A stretch of DNA of 39,612 nt, from IMG/VR virus record IMGVR_UViG_3300022758_000169; one strand, given 5' to 3'. This DNA is from a virus. Its lineage: Duplodnaviria; Heunggongvirae; Uroviricota; Caudoviricetes. Made by a program: the position numbers and the translations under genes. Position 1 is the first letter of the stretch. Every line of letters starts with the position of its first letter. This document shows, one piece after another, positions 8,873 through 17,901 of this stretch. The notes beneath the pieces are model-generated. The model saw only the letters and a program-made list of their open reading frames with translations, was not told where the DNA came from and did no database searches.

Positions 8873-11343
8873 CAGAATCCCCCAACAGTAAGGCGAGGAA
8901 TAACGGCAAGAACAGACAGTGGCAACGGGTCAAGCTGACGGATTCTTACACGTCCGTTTTTGCCCCAGTTACTGTCCAGTTTCACTTCTACTTTTCCGGT
9001 AGCATCATCAACAGGATCATCGTAGAACTCGAATTCACGCTGTGGATATTCGTACCATTTACCGCCGGGCGTAGTCGCCCAGATGCCGCGACTGGCATTC
9101 ACAACCAGAGTAACGGACGGGATCACCTGTTTTTTGTCCAGCAGCGTTTCCTGTCCGTTAATGTTGATATCCAGTGTTTCGAATTCAGCAGTTATTGGCA
9201 GGCCGATGTGCACAACAGCCCCAGGTGATTCCAGCGTGACGGCACCTCCGGAAACCACTTTCTGTGGTTCCACGTTCGCATCAGAGAGAATGTTTACGGT
9301 CTGGCCTTCAAGATGAGACAGGCCTCCAAATGTCCGGCGCGCCATCTGCCAGTTCGTGGTGGCCACATTCCTGAGGGATGGCGGGACGTTCCTGTTAGCA
9401 CGAACCACTACAGCGGTGTTGCTGGTTACAGAAATAATGTCGCAACGTAATTCTTTTGACACCTCATCGCCAGTATCAGGATCAGTTCCGGTATAAGGGA
9501 ACTGTAGTTGCGCGCCGACATCACTACTGGTGAAGTACGCACCACCAGAAACACTGATTGTATATTCCGCGCGGTAATCCCATTCGCCAGAACCACCAGT
9601 GATGATCATCGTTCTGTCAGACGTATTTCTTCCATCATAGCTAAGGCCAGAATCAACAAAGAAAGCATCTTCATCGCTGGTAAATAAACGGCTGGACAGT
9701 CGCTCGATGTATCTCACTGTTTGCCCTTTAACGGTTCGGTTAACGACGAAATACACCGCATCTTCATTGCCTTCGCTGATACTGCATGTGCTTTCATATT
9801 TTCCGGTACTGGATTGTGGTGCCCATGCAAAAACCTGCTGATCACGCAAATAGGTCATCACCAGTAATTTACCGTCATCACGAATGCAGAAGGCACTGGA
9901 GTAAGGGACAATAGAGAAGCACCAGTCAACAATGCTGTGCTTCTGAAAAAGATGATTGGCAAGGATAGTAAGGTCGTTCCCCTGATAGCCGTCAACATCG
10001 AATGAGTAGGCCAGATCACGGACAACACTGCCTTTCTCCTGGACGAACAGAGCAATATTCGCCACGGCAATTGGTGGGACATTGCTCGAGCCATTTGATC
10101 CCTGAGAGCTGAATGCAAATGATGATGGGGTTAACACTTTGTTCTGGTCGCCGGTGATGACGTACTCACCTCCGGAAGTCAGCGCCACCAGCGAACCAAC
10201 ATCAATCAGGTGGCGGATCTCATTAACCTGACGCCCGGCATAGGTGTAGATAATTCTATCGTCATCCTGCGTAGGATTGCTTTTGCCAAAATCCTTATAA
10301 TCCCCAGTACGGCTGGCCCAGATAGTCTGAGGGAACGCAGTCGATGCGGCGAAGTAAAGACGCTGTTGATAATAAACAACAGTGCCAGGATAACCATTAA
10401 CACTGTTCCAGGCATATTTAGCCCATTTATAGCTGGCATTATCCTCGCCAACGACCTGCGAAGGAATATAGGAAATCACCTCGGCAGTTGCAGTAGTTCC
10501 ATTTGCAGCAGTGATACGGGCAATGCCAAAACCACTGTGCAGATATTCCCACTCAATGCCAGTATCATCATCACCGGATCCACCCCAGCCATCCCATGAT
10601 GTGCCTTCTGTATGCGAAGGGCGCAAAGTACCTGTTTTGCCTGCTGTAACGGCGCGATAGTAGTTACTGTCTGCACGGCGAATATCGCCAATTGACGTAC
10701 TCTTACTGGTTTCCCATACCGGCACAGAATCCACTGCAGGCTGTTCCAGATAGAACAATTTGCCTACCTGCTCCGCGCCAAAAATAGAGGCGCTTGCCGT
10801 TAACGTAATTGTCCCGGTGCTGGCGCTGGCATAAACCGTCACTGACTCGTCAATATTGATATCTTCAAATGGCCCGTTCTTCGTTACCACATCAACCAGT
10901 TGCCAGTTGTCATGCGCGTAGCGGCGCAACTCTTTCGGCGGGTATGCCGGGTGAACCAGCGTAAGCACGTCGGCGCTTTGCGTGAATTTAATTCGGAACA
11001 GATCGGCTTCAGTATATGGCGTGGCAATTTCATAAATAACATTGCTGCTGTTCAGCACCAACGCACCATCTTTGATAACGCGCATGTACTGGTGCCCGAA
11101 CTCCAGAGCATAGGTCTGAACCGTCGAGAACTGGAACGGGATCAGGCGGCATTTCCGATTTGGGTATTTGGCGGCACCGACAAAACGCGTACCAGGTCGA
11201 TTCTCAACTCCGCCATACTGCCGCACGATAAAGTTATCGCACTTGCGCAATGCCACCTGGTACTTCGCCATGTCAATACGACCGTACAACGACGGTCCAA
11301 TCTCACCACCGGCAAAGCTGGGCTGGATCCAACTGATAGCCAT
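8872..11343 (-). CDS. tail tube / nozzle protein (T7 gp12-like position and size)
   Basis: 823-aa ORF immediately downstream of a gp11-like gene; start overlaps upstream stop. Confidence 0.55.
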   Translation of the reverse strand: MAISWIQPSFAGGEIGPSLYGRIDMAKYQVALRKCDNFIVRQYGGVENRPGTRFVGAAKYPNRKCRLIPFQFSTVQTYALEFGHQYMRVIKDGALVLNSSNVIYEIATPYTEADLFRIKFTQSADVLTLVHPAYPPKELRRYAHDNWQLVDVVTKNGPFEDINIDESVTVYASASTGTITLTASASIFGAEQVGKLFYLEQPAVDSVPVWETSKSTSIGDIRRADSNYYRAVTAGKTGTLRPSHTEGTSWDGWGGSGDDDTGIEWEYLHSGFGIARITAANGTTATAEVISYIPSQVVGEDNASYKWAKYAWNSVNGYPGTVVYYQQRLYFAASTAFPQTIWASRTGDYKDFGKSNPTQDDDRIIYTYAGRQVNEIRHLIDVGSLVALTSGGEYVITGDQNKVLTPSSFAFSSQGSNGSSNVPPIAVANIALFVQEKGSVVRDLAYSFDVDGYQGNDLTILANHLFQKHSIVDWCFSIVPYSSAFCIRDDGKLLVMTYLRDQQVFAWAPQSSTGKYESTCSISEGNEDAVYFVVNRTVKGQTVRYIERLSSRLFTSDEDAFFVDSGLSYDGRNTSDRTMIITGGSGEWDYRAEYTISVSGGAYFTSSDVGAQLQFPYTGTDPDTGDEVSKELRCDIISVTSNTAVVVRANRNVPPSLRNVATTNWQMARRTFGGLSHLEGQTVNILSDANVEPQKVVSGGAVTLESPGAVVHIGLPITAEFETLDININGQETLLDKKQVIPSVTLVVNASRGIWATTPGGKWYEYPQREFEFYDDPVDDATGKVEVKLDSNWGKNGRVRIRQLDPLPLSVLAVIPRLTVGGF

Positions 11344-11948
11344 CAGGACAACCTCGCAATGGCAAACTCGTCAACCGGTGGCAGTGGTTCCTGTGATTCA
11401 TTCTGGCTATGCGAGCCAGCACTAAGAATCACGCGATTGTACATATTGAGGGCAAACGTACCGAGGTCTGCATTCCCAGTCAGCGCCATGTTAATAGCTG
11501 CCGCAAGACGCCAGGCCAACGCCTCCATAAAAATGGCATCAAACATGTTCACATCTGTAACGCGAGATACATACTTGAGCCATGCCTGCGGCTGGTCTGT
11601 GTAGATCAACTTTCCTGTTCCGTTGGTGTCTGCACCAACTTCGTACTGAACGCGCATTGCTGCTGTTGGATTGCGTACACCAGGAAGCATAATTTCAGTA
11701 ATGCGCAGACAATCGGACGGGTACTGGTACGCATATTCCCAGTCAGGCGGTGGATTGCTCGTATCTGCAAGCGCCACGCGTTTGGTAGCAAAGTTCCAGT
11801 CAAAATCAGAAAGCACAGCATCACGGCAGGCCTCAAAGTGCAGCGAACATTCCCCCGCTTCCTTGCTGGCTTCCGTCAGGCTGTTAATACTGCGGCTGTT
11901 GCCAATATTGGACAGCGCACGATTGCAGATCTCTACTACAGAGGCCAT
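11343..11948 (-). CDS. tail adaptor protein (T7 gp11-like)
   Basis: 201-aa ORF; N-terminal pattern resembles T7 gp11 by recollection; position after capsid genes. Confidence 0.45.
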   Translation of the reverse strand: MASVVEICNRALSNIGNSRSINSLTEASKEAGECSLHFEACRDAVLSDFDWNFATKRVALADTSNPPPDWEYAYQYPSDCLRITEIMLPGVRNPTAAMRVQYEVGADTNGTGKLIYTDQPQAWLKYVSRVTDVNMFDAIFMEALAWRLAAAINMALTGNADLGTFALNMYNRVILSAGSHSQNESQEPLPPVDEFAIARLS

Positions 11949-12004
11949 AAGTTTCTATACTCCTGCAATAAAGGGGCCGAAGCCCCTTGTCTGATTCGCG
12001 AGGC

Positions 12005-12349
12005 TTACACGCCAAGTTCTTTACGCTTATCTGCGATCTTCTCGCGTAGCGTTTCGGCTTTGGCGTTATGGTGTGGCTTCTCGTTAAAGAGCAATTCGTA
12101 CTCTTCACGGAGCTTATCCAGTTCACCATCATCTGACACATCGTTGATGATTTTGGTGCTGGTTGCTGCCATTGACACCTTTCCTGCAACTTTTGCTTTT
12201 GCCTGTCTGGCTGCATCGTTAACAGGTTCCAGTGCGCTACCAGGCTCACCTTCGTATTCGATTTCTGCCCCCTCCGGCCACAGAGTGTTATGGATATGAG
12301 AGAGGCGCAGAACGCGGTATCTTGGTTTCTCACCTGACATCGATATCAC
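12005..12349 (-). CDS. hypothetical virion-operon protein
   Basis: 114-aa ORF; a stable hairpin AAGGGGC-cgaa-GCCCCTT follows at 11971..11988. Confidence 0.4.
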   Translation of the reverse strand: MISMSGEKPRYRVLRLSHIHNTLWPEGAEIEYEGEPGSALEPVNDAARQAKAKVAGKVSMAATSTKIINDVSDDGELDKLREEYELLFNEKPHHNAKAETLREKIADKRKELGV

Positions 12350-12350
12350 C

Positions 12351-12788
12351 TTAACCAGTTACTTTTGAGCGGATCGGGTACGGCGTATTGGCATCAACAT
12401 CCAGACTGATACCCGCAGTGAATTTGCCAGCCGTTAGTGGGCCAGTTGCGACGGAGTAGTTAACACGCAGATATCGCTGAACACCGGCAGGCACCTTTGC
12501 AGAAACAACTCGTTTACCTGCTGTCAGGGCGGTCTTTGCCAGTGCGCCACTATCATAAATAGTGGTCCATGAGCTGTTATTCTCACTCGTCTGCAACTGG
12601 ATGTTTACAGTTGCATCACCGCTTGCCGCGGCGGCTGCGTTAACCAGCGCCCAAAACTCAAGCGGGTAACCCACGCCGATATCACGACGTTTTCCGTCAA
12701 TTGGACCGAGATCGATTACGTCAGTAGAAGCCGCGGTATTCGTAACCGCCTGAGCTTCGGAGAACATCAACAGTTTGTCGGTGATCAT
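12351..12788 (-). CDS. possible capsid decoration protein
   Basis: 145-aa ORF directly after the major capsid gene, with SD GGAGAAAG. Confidence 0.4.
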   Translation of the reverse strand: MITDKLLMFSEAQAVTNTAASTDVIDLGPIDGKRRDIGVGYPLEFWALVNAAAAASGDATVNIQLQTSENNSSWTTIYDSGALAKTALTAGKRVVSAKVPAGVQRYLRVNYSVATGPLTAGKFTAGISLDVDANTPYPIRSKVTG

Positions 12789-12839
12789 CTTCTTTCTCCA
12801 TTAGTGGGTCTGTTACGACCCACAGGTTAATAACAGGCG

Positions 12840-13832
12840 TTACACCACGCGGGCTTCTGTTTCCAGAAGCGCATCAGTTTCACGGATTGGTACACCACGG
12901 AATGAAGTCCACCACTCGCCTTCAGTCTCTTTTACGCTGATAGCCAGAGATGTTTTCTCCAGAGATTGCAGATCAAGAGCCTGGCCTACAGTGCGGTTCA
13001 TGTAGAACACCGGGCGGCCCATGCCACGGTTTGGAATGCGATGCAGTGCCTTAACCATCAACTTGGCAATATTTGCGGCAGAGGATGGTTCTGAAAGATT
13101 GCTGACATCGATGTTTGCAATGCGAACAACATAACGCCAGTCACGCAGAGCAAGTCCGTTGTCCCATTTGTAATGGGTGCGATAACCTTCGTACTTGCCG
13201 CCATTAGCATCTTCCAGTGTCACCTGGCCTTTATCTTCCATCTGGATGCCAGCCTTCTTCCCTTTCGGGAAGATGCCATGCACGGTGTTTTCGCCCCACA
13301 CCACTAACCAGATTGAGGTGTTATCTGTACCCGTGCCACCAGCATCAATGATGTTCTGAGCATTACCCGCAGACAGGCTGGAATAGCGGGAGGACAGTCC
13401 CATAAACTGCTGAGGGTTAACGCTGGAATCACCATAAAACAGCGTCTGCGCCATCTGCTGATTCATCGCTTCAATAAATGCGCGGTCTTCAGACAGGCGG
13501 AATTCAGCGGTATTGCCGTTCAGATCAGCCAGTGACTTATCGACTTCAGCATAGGTTTCCAGCATGCCAACGGAATCGGTTACCTGCACTGTGGTTGATT
13601 TGCTTGGCTGTACGCCATAGTTCAGCAAACGCCAGGTAGCTGAAGGTAAACCAGAACGAATGGTGGTTCGGTGTCCGGTAGGAAGGTTCCCTTCGACAAA
13701 GGGCATATCCTGAAGGATCGGGTTAGTTTGACCGAGAAGCTCGATAATCTTATCGACTTTCCCGTTTGGATCGACGCGCTTACCCCAGTCAGCCAGCGTT
13801 AGCGCAGTTAAGCCTTTAACAGCCATTGTCAT
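12840..13832 (-). CDS. major capsid protein
   Basis: 330-aa ORF with strong SD AGAGAGGAA, immediately downstream of the scaffold gene; stem-loop 12804..12823 follows. Confidence 0.7.
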   Translation of the reverse strand: MTMAVKGLTALTLADWGKRVDPNGKVDKIIELLGQTNPILQDMPFVEGNLPTGHRTTIRSGLPSATWRLLNYGVQPSKSTTVQVTDSVGMLETYAEVDKSLADLNGNTAEFRLSEDRAFIEAMNQQMAQTLFYGDSSVNPQQFMGLSSRYSSLSAGNAQNIIDAGGTGTDNTSIWLVVWGENTVHGIFPKGKKAGIQMEDKGQVTLEDANGGKYEGYRTHYKWDNGLALRDWRYVVRIANIDVSNLSEPSSAANIAKLMVKALHRIPNRGMGRPVFYMNRTVGQALDLQSLEKTSLAISVKETEGEWWTSFRGVPIRETDALLETEARVV

Positions 13833-13840
13833 TTCCTCTC

Positions 13841-14536
13841 TTATTTGCCATAGAGCACTTCGGCCGCACTACGCTGGCCTTCATTACCACCGGTGACCAT
13901 GCCATCTTCAGACATCGCCTTTCCGATTTTCACGAACGTTTTGACCAGATCAGGGTGATTACCCAGCCCGGTGGTGTTCAGATATTCTTTGAGTTCAGGT
14001 GTCCCAAACTGGTCAAGCGCACGCTGTGCGGCGCTAAGGTTAGAAATCAACTTGTCGCCACCGATTTCTTTGTCAGCTTTTACATCCGCAGCCCACTGCT
14101 CGGTTGTTTTCTGCCAGGCTTCTGCCTGGCGCTGCTGAACACCTGCCAGAATCTTCGGATAAGCATCAACCAGCTTTTGCGCTTGTTCGTTGGTCAGGTT
14201 AAGTTCTCGCGCCACCGGCTCGAATTCCTTCAACGCTTCTGTATCCAGCTCTACGCCTTCGGCAGCCTGAAACTCGTACTTCTCAGGCGCCCCCTCTGGT
14301 TTATCGCCGTCCTTTTTTTCATCCTGCTTATCGTTTTCAGGCTTTTTGTCATCAGCAGGTTTATCGCCATCAGCAACAGGTTGTGGCTTATCACCTTCCT
14401 GTTGTGATGGATCACCAACTGGAGCAGGGTTATCACCTGCAGGCGCTGACGGTTCTGACGCAGCCGGAGCTGCTCCACCATCGACTGGTTGCTCATTGCA
14501 AAGACGGCGATACAGCAAACGCTCAAATAAATTCAT
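13841..14536 (-). CDS. scaffolding protein
   Basis: Highly acidic, Lys/Asp/Glu-rich, predicted helical ORF between portal and capsid; ATG at 14536 with SD AGGAG. Confidence 0.65.
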   Translation of the reverse strand: MNLFERLLYRRLCNEQPVDGGAAPAASEPSAPAGDNPAPVGDPSQQEGDKPQPVADGDKPADDKKPENDKQDEKKDGDKPEGAPEKYEFQAAEGVELDTEALKEFEPVARELNLTNEQAQKLVDAYPKILAGVQQRQAEAWQKTTEQWAADVKADKEIGGDKLISNLSAAQRALDQFGTPELKEYLNTTGLGNHPDLVKTFVKIGKAMSEDGMVTGGNEGQRSAAEVLYGK

Positions 14537-14538
14537 GA

Positions 14539-14835
14539 TCACTCCTGTTCACTGGCCTCTTTGGCCATCTTCAAATACTGTTCAGGGCAATGCGCCATAA
14601 CGCGCTGAAACAGTTCCAGCGCCAGATTGCGTTGCCCCTCATTAAATGCCATTGCCATAGCGTCCATCGGTGAGATAGCGGAAAACACACGGCCTTTCTC
14701 CAGCACCGACCAGACAACGCGACGCCCCTGTTCACTGCTCATGACAAAGCGAATGTCATCAATTTCGCGCTGCGCCATGTCACGTTTCTTACGGGCGTTT
14801 TCTTCTTTCAGTTGATCGTCTTCGTAATCTGTCAT
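14539..14835 (-). CDS. hypothetical protein
   Basis: 98-aa ORF overlapping the portal stop and scaffold start. Confidence 0.45.
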   Translation of the reverse strand: MTDYEDDQLKEENARKKRDMAQREIDDIRFVMSSEQGRRVVWSVLEKGRVFSAISPMDAMAMAFNEGQRNLALELFQRVMAHCPEQYLKMAKEASEQE

Positions 14836-16511
14836 TGTGATTGCCCACCCTGACCACTAACTGCATTCGCCATAGCTGACAAAACACTCGGATCCGAAGT
14901 TTTAGCTTCGCTTAGCGTCTTGGCACCCTGTGCCGCCGCCATCCCCATCGCCATCATTTGTTGCTGCTGTTGCTGCTGTGCCCGTTGCTGGCGAGCCTGC
15001 TCAACCTGTTCCTGCGGAACAATGACGGTTGGAGACACTCCAGACATATCAGCGAATGCATCGATCGCCTGATCAACGTTGAGTTTGTCGAGAGCTTCTG
15101 GTTTCGCTTGCGCAAGTTGACCAATGAAGTTGACCGTAGACGCCAGACTGGACAGGCCGATAGACTTCTGCGCCTGAGCCATGACGGAAATGTATTCGAC
15201 CTTCAGGGGCATGCCTTCCATCGCGTCAGGCGGTGGCGGCAACATGTTTTTACGCACCATCATCGAGAAAGCGCGGTCAATGAGAGGATTAAGACATTCG
15301 TCGTTCAGACGCTCCAGAACCGGCCCCAACATCAGAAGTTTTTCTTCTTTCATTTCGATCACCGCTTCAACAGGCATCGAGCGGGTATTGATGTTCTGCA
15401 ACATCATGAACAGATCGACAAAGTAGGCGCTGTTAATGATTTGCCGAGTGTCCTGAATGTCTGCTACCAGATCTGCTGTACTGGGGTTAACCAGATAAGC
15501 AGGCCTGAAGCCATCCTGACCAGTAATCTGATCGATATACGTGATGTCGCCAGGAAGAAGGGAGGCGCGCTGATTCTTGAGGGAAGTCGGAGCAACCATC
15601 GGCGGATTGGTGGCTTTATCAATCAACTGCGACTTGCGCTTCTGGAGAAGCTGCAATGCCTTAACAGGTCCAAGCGCCAGCATACCCGGGCATGATGATC
15701 CATAAACATCTTCGCCGTTAACTTCCCAGCGCGGAGCCATAATTGGAAACTCATCGAATCCGGACTCACGCAACAACTTGTCGTTATCGCCACCAACCTC
15801 GTAATAAACCGATTTGAATGGCTTGTTCTTGCTATCCAGCTTCGATGTATCGCGGTCAATGTTCGGGTAAACCGAATGCATCACTTCAATCCACTTCTCG
15901 TAGGTGCCGCTTTCCCACATGCTTTTTACGGATTCGCTGACGTTATTTAGCCCGAACTCCTGAACAAGCTGACGAACAGTCATAGAGAACTTGCGAAAAC
16001 AGGTGTCCACACTGCCACGAGGTGAGTTAGCCAGGTAGTAACTGCCTATCGGGAATGGCATTGTGCGAATGATGTCCTCGTCATCCTCCAGTACCGCCAT
16101 TGCACCAGTGCTGTATGTGCCGAGGCTTCCGTATAACTGCGGCAGCGACTGATAGAGATTCGACTTATTGAACATATCGTTCATGCGGTTCTGCACCGCC
16201 TCAAGCCACAACTTAACAGGGCCATAATCCATCATTTCAGGATCTGGCGTAGCCAGGCGAAACCACGGACGCGCTGGGCTTGTGATGCCTGACATCATGC
16301 CGCTGGCGAGAGTGCGCGCCGCCATAGTCCCGGTCGAATCAATAATGCGTGTATTGCGTCGATCGTTACGGTTGACCTCAGAAGTCAGAAAGCGGGAACC
16401 ACGCGGGTTGATGTAATCACTCAACTCGCGCCAGTGCGGCTCGAACGACTGACGCTCGCTTTCAAGTTGTGCGAACTGTTTGTTCAATCGCTCTTTAGTT
16501 GTTTCCGCCAT
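14832..16511 (-). CDS. portal protein
   Basis: 559-aa ORF between large terminase and scaffold; SD GGAG; Gln-rich C-terminus. Confidence 0.7.
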   Translation of the reverse strand: MAETTKERLNKQFAQLESERQSFEPHWRELSDYINPRGSRFLTSEVNRNDRRNTRIIDSTGTMAARTLASGMMSGITSPARPWFRLATPDPEMMDYGPVKLWLEAVQNRMNDMFNKSNLYQSLPQLYGSLGTYSTGAMAVLEDDEDIIRTMPFPIGSYYLANSPRGSVDTCFRKFSMTVRQLVQEFGLNNVSESVKSMWESGTYEKWIEVMHSVYPNIDRDTSKLDSKNKPFKSVYYEVGGDNDKLLRESGFDEFPIMAPRWEVNGEDVYGSSCPGMLALGPVKALQLLQKRKSQLIDKATNPPMVAPTSLKNQRASLLPGDITYIDQITGQDGFRPAYLVNPSTADLVADIQDTRQIINSAYFVDLFMMLQNINTRSMPVEAVIEMKEEKLLMLGPVLERLNDECLNPLIDRAFSMMVRKNMLPPPPDAMEGMPLKVEYISVMAQAQKSIGLSSLASTVNFIGQLAQAKPEALDKLNVDQAIDAFADMSGVSPTVIVPQEQVEQARQQRAQQQQQQQMMAMGMAAAQGAKTLSEAKTSDPSVLSAMANAVSGQGGQSQ

Positions 16512-16525
16512 TTCAATGACTCCGG

Positions 16526-16732
16526 TTACTGACCAAGCAGCGTTTTACCGCTGGTATTAGCAGTTGATGTGTCGCCCTGAGAACCGGTAAGCAGCGTAGA
16601 ACTACGACCAGCAGCAACGCGACGGCGACGAGTTTCTTCGTCGCGGGCATCAACAACGGCGGCATCCTGCTCCTGTGGTGCTGCCTGAACTTCTGGTGTT
16701 GCAGGCACTGATGGTGAGCTACCCATGCACAT
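16526..16732 (-). CDS. small hypothetical protein
   Basis: 68-aa acidic ORF; its RBS context CGGAGTCATTGAT-ATG is nearly identical to the portal RBS. Confidence 0.35.
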   Translation of the reverse strand: MCMGSSPSVPATPEVQAAPQEQDAAVVDARDEETRRRRVAAGRSSTLLTGSQGDTSTANTSGKTLLGQ

Positions 16733-16822
16733 ATCAATGACTCCGTACGCAATTAAATTATTACCAATTTAACCACATATGATTTATTTATCGTAGACAG
16801 TTGACATTTAACGCGCGAATTA

Positions 16823-16837
16823 TTACCTTTCAGGTAA
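16823..16837. promoter_or_regulatory. operator-like palindrome TTACCTTTCAGGTAA with TTGACA 17 bp upstream
   Basis: Perfect TTACC-N5-GGTAA; TTGACA at 16801..16806. Confidence 0.5.
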
Positions 16838-17159
16838 CCAAAGAGTTCATTCCGGTTACTAACCTGACTGGCTTGTCGTTAAATTGAACAGGTGGAGTGA
16901 GCTTTTATTTTGAGCAGTACGGCGTATGGCACATGCGCCGATAGCGGTCTGGATGCGTTTAAGGGGCACCCTCCCTGGCTGTGGCAAACGAACCAGGTAG
17001 CCGGAATGTGCAAGTCGAGCGGTTTTATTCCGCGCACGGGGATTCACCATCCCGGCGATTCGGTGTGACGCCTCGGAAGAGACGAGGGTACAACGATGAG
17101 AGCATTTATGGAGCCGCGACAAAGTGTGGCGCCTTAACAGGCTAAGTGCTCTCAGCGTT

Positions 17160-17236
17160 GTGGCATTAGCTCAGTTGGACAGAGCAACCGCCTTCTAAGC
17201 GGTTGGTCGCAGGTTCGAATCCTGCATGCCACGCCA
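17160..17236 (+). tRNA. tRNA-Arg (anticodon UCU), phage-encoded
   Basis: Manual cloverleaf: acceptor GTGGCAT/ATGCCAC, D-stem GCTC/GAGC, anticodon stem ACCGC/GCGGT with loop CTTCTAA, T-arm GCAGG-TTCGAAT-CCTGC, discriminator G, encoded CCA. Confidence 0.85.
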
Positions 17237-17398
17237 GAATCACGCCTAAGGACCGTGATGCCAGAAGTTCCAGGTGCTTGGCGGTGATGGTTTCCCTTGA
17301 AGGACTATCACCGCCCTTTTACAGCAGGACGCCATTGCGATGACTTCATGCTGTAAACCAGTACAGCCACGGAAGGCATAACTCATTGCTTCCAGTTC

Positions 17399-17421
17399 GC
17401 CCGGTTCGCCGGGCATTTTTT
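17399..17421 (+). terminator. intrinsic terminator or attenuator (UUCG tetraloop hairpin plus U6)
   Basis: GCCCGG-ttcg-CCGGGC followed by ATTTTTT, ending just before the SD of the ORF at 17434. Confidence 0.5.
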
Positions 17422-17433
17422 AAAGGTGAGATC

Positions 17434-17856
17434 ATGAAGACAATTGATATGTTGGCTAAGTATCTAAATGAATGGCCATTAAAATATTCTCGTATCGTTC
17501 AGGCTGAAGACTGCATTTTTTATGGCGTTTTTGCTGGTAATGAAATGCATTACGAAGTAATTCAGAGTGAGGGACTGGCCGGGTTAACTCTTAGCGAAGA
17601 CCATGGTACTAGCGTTACGTACCATGACTGGATTTCAGCGCAGAAAACTGAAATGGAAAAAGGCAATGTGTTTGATATTTCTCGCGCTGTATACGCCAAA
17701 GAAAAAAGTGATGATGATTACATGCGCGAAAACTTATACAACATGAAGTTACAATGCCTGGCTGAAGTGCTTAGTAAAAGATCTTTACTTGATGTGGTTG
17801 GTGCTGAGCAGGACGCCAAGGCAATCAACGCCGCATTCGATAAAATAACCTTCTAA
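17434..17856 (+). CDS. hypothetical protein (moron, opposite strand to virion genes)
   Basis: SD AAAGGTGAG then ATG; 140-aa ORF; flanked by tRNA upstream and terminator downstream. Confidence 0.6.
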   Translation: MKTIDMLAKYLNEWPLKYSRIVQAEDCIFYGVFAGNEMHYEVIQSEGLAGLTLSEDHGTSVTYHDWISAQKTEMEKGNVFDISRAVYAKEKSDDDYMRENLYNMKLQCLAEVLSKRSLLDVVGAEQDAKAINAAFDKITF

Positions 17857-17876
17857 CGCCGTGACATGTCACAATC

Positions 17877-17901
17877 AGCCCGCCGATTCGCGGGCTTTTT
17901 T
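17877..17901 (+). terminator. rho-independent terminator
   Basis: AGCCCGC-cgattc-GCGGGCT followed by TTTTT. Confidence 0.6.

Noticed and set aside
16859-17122. Minus-strand 87-aa ORF in the tRNA leader
   Set aside because: Arg-rich composition, no ribosome-binding site, lies in GC-rich non-coding leader; I also looked for a second tRNA or known RNA here and found no convincing cloverleaf.
17160-17236. tRNA as the phage attachment site or a host boundary
   Set aside because: The tRNA is complete with its own CCA, is not adjacent to int, and is flanked on both sides by phage genes, so it looks like phage cargo rather than an attL/attR remnant.
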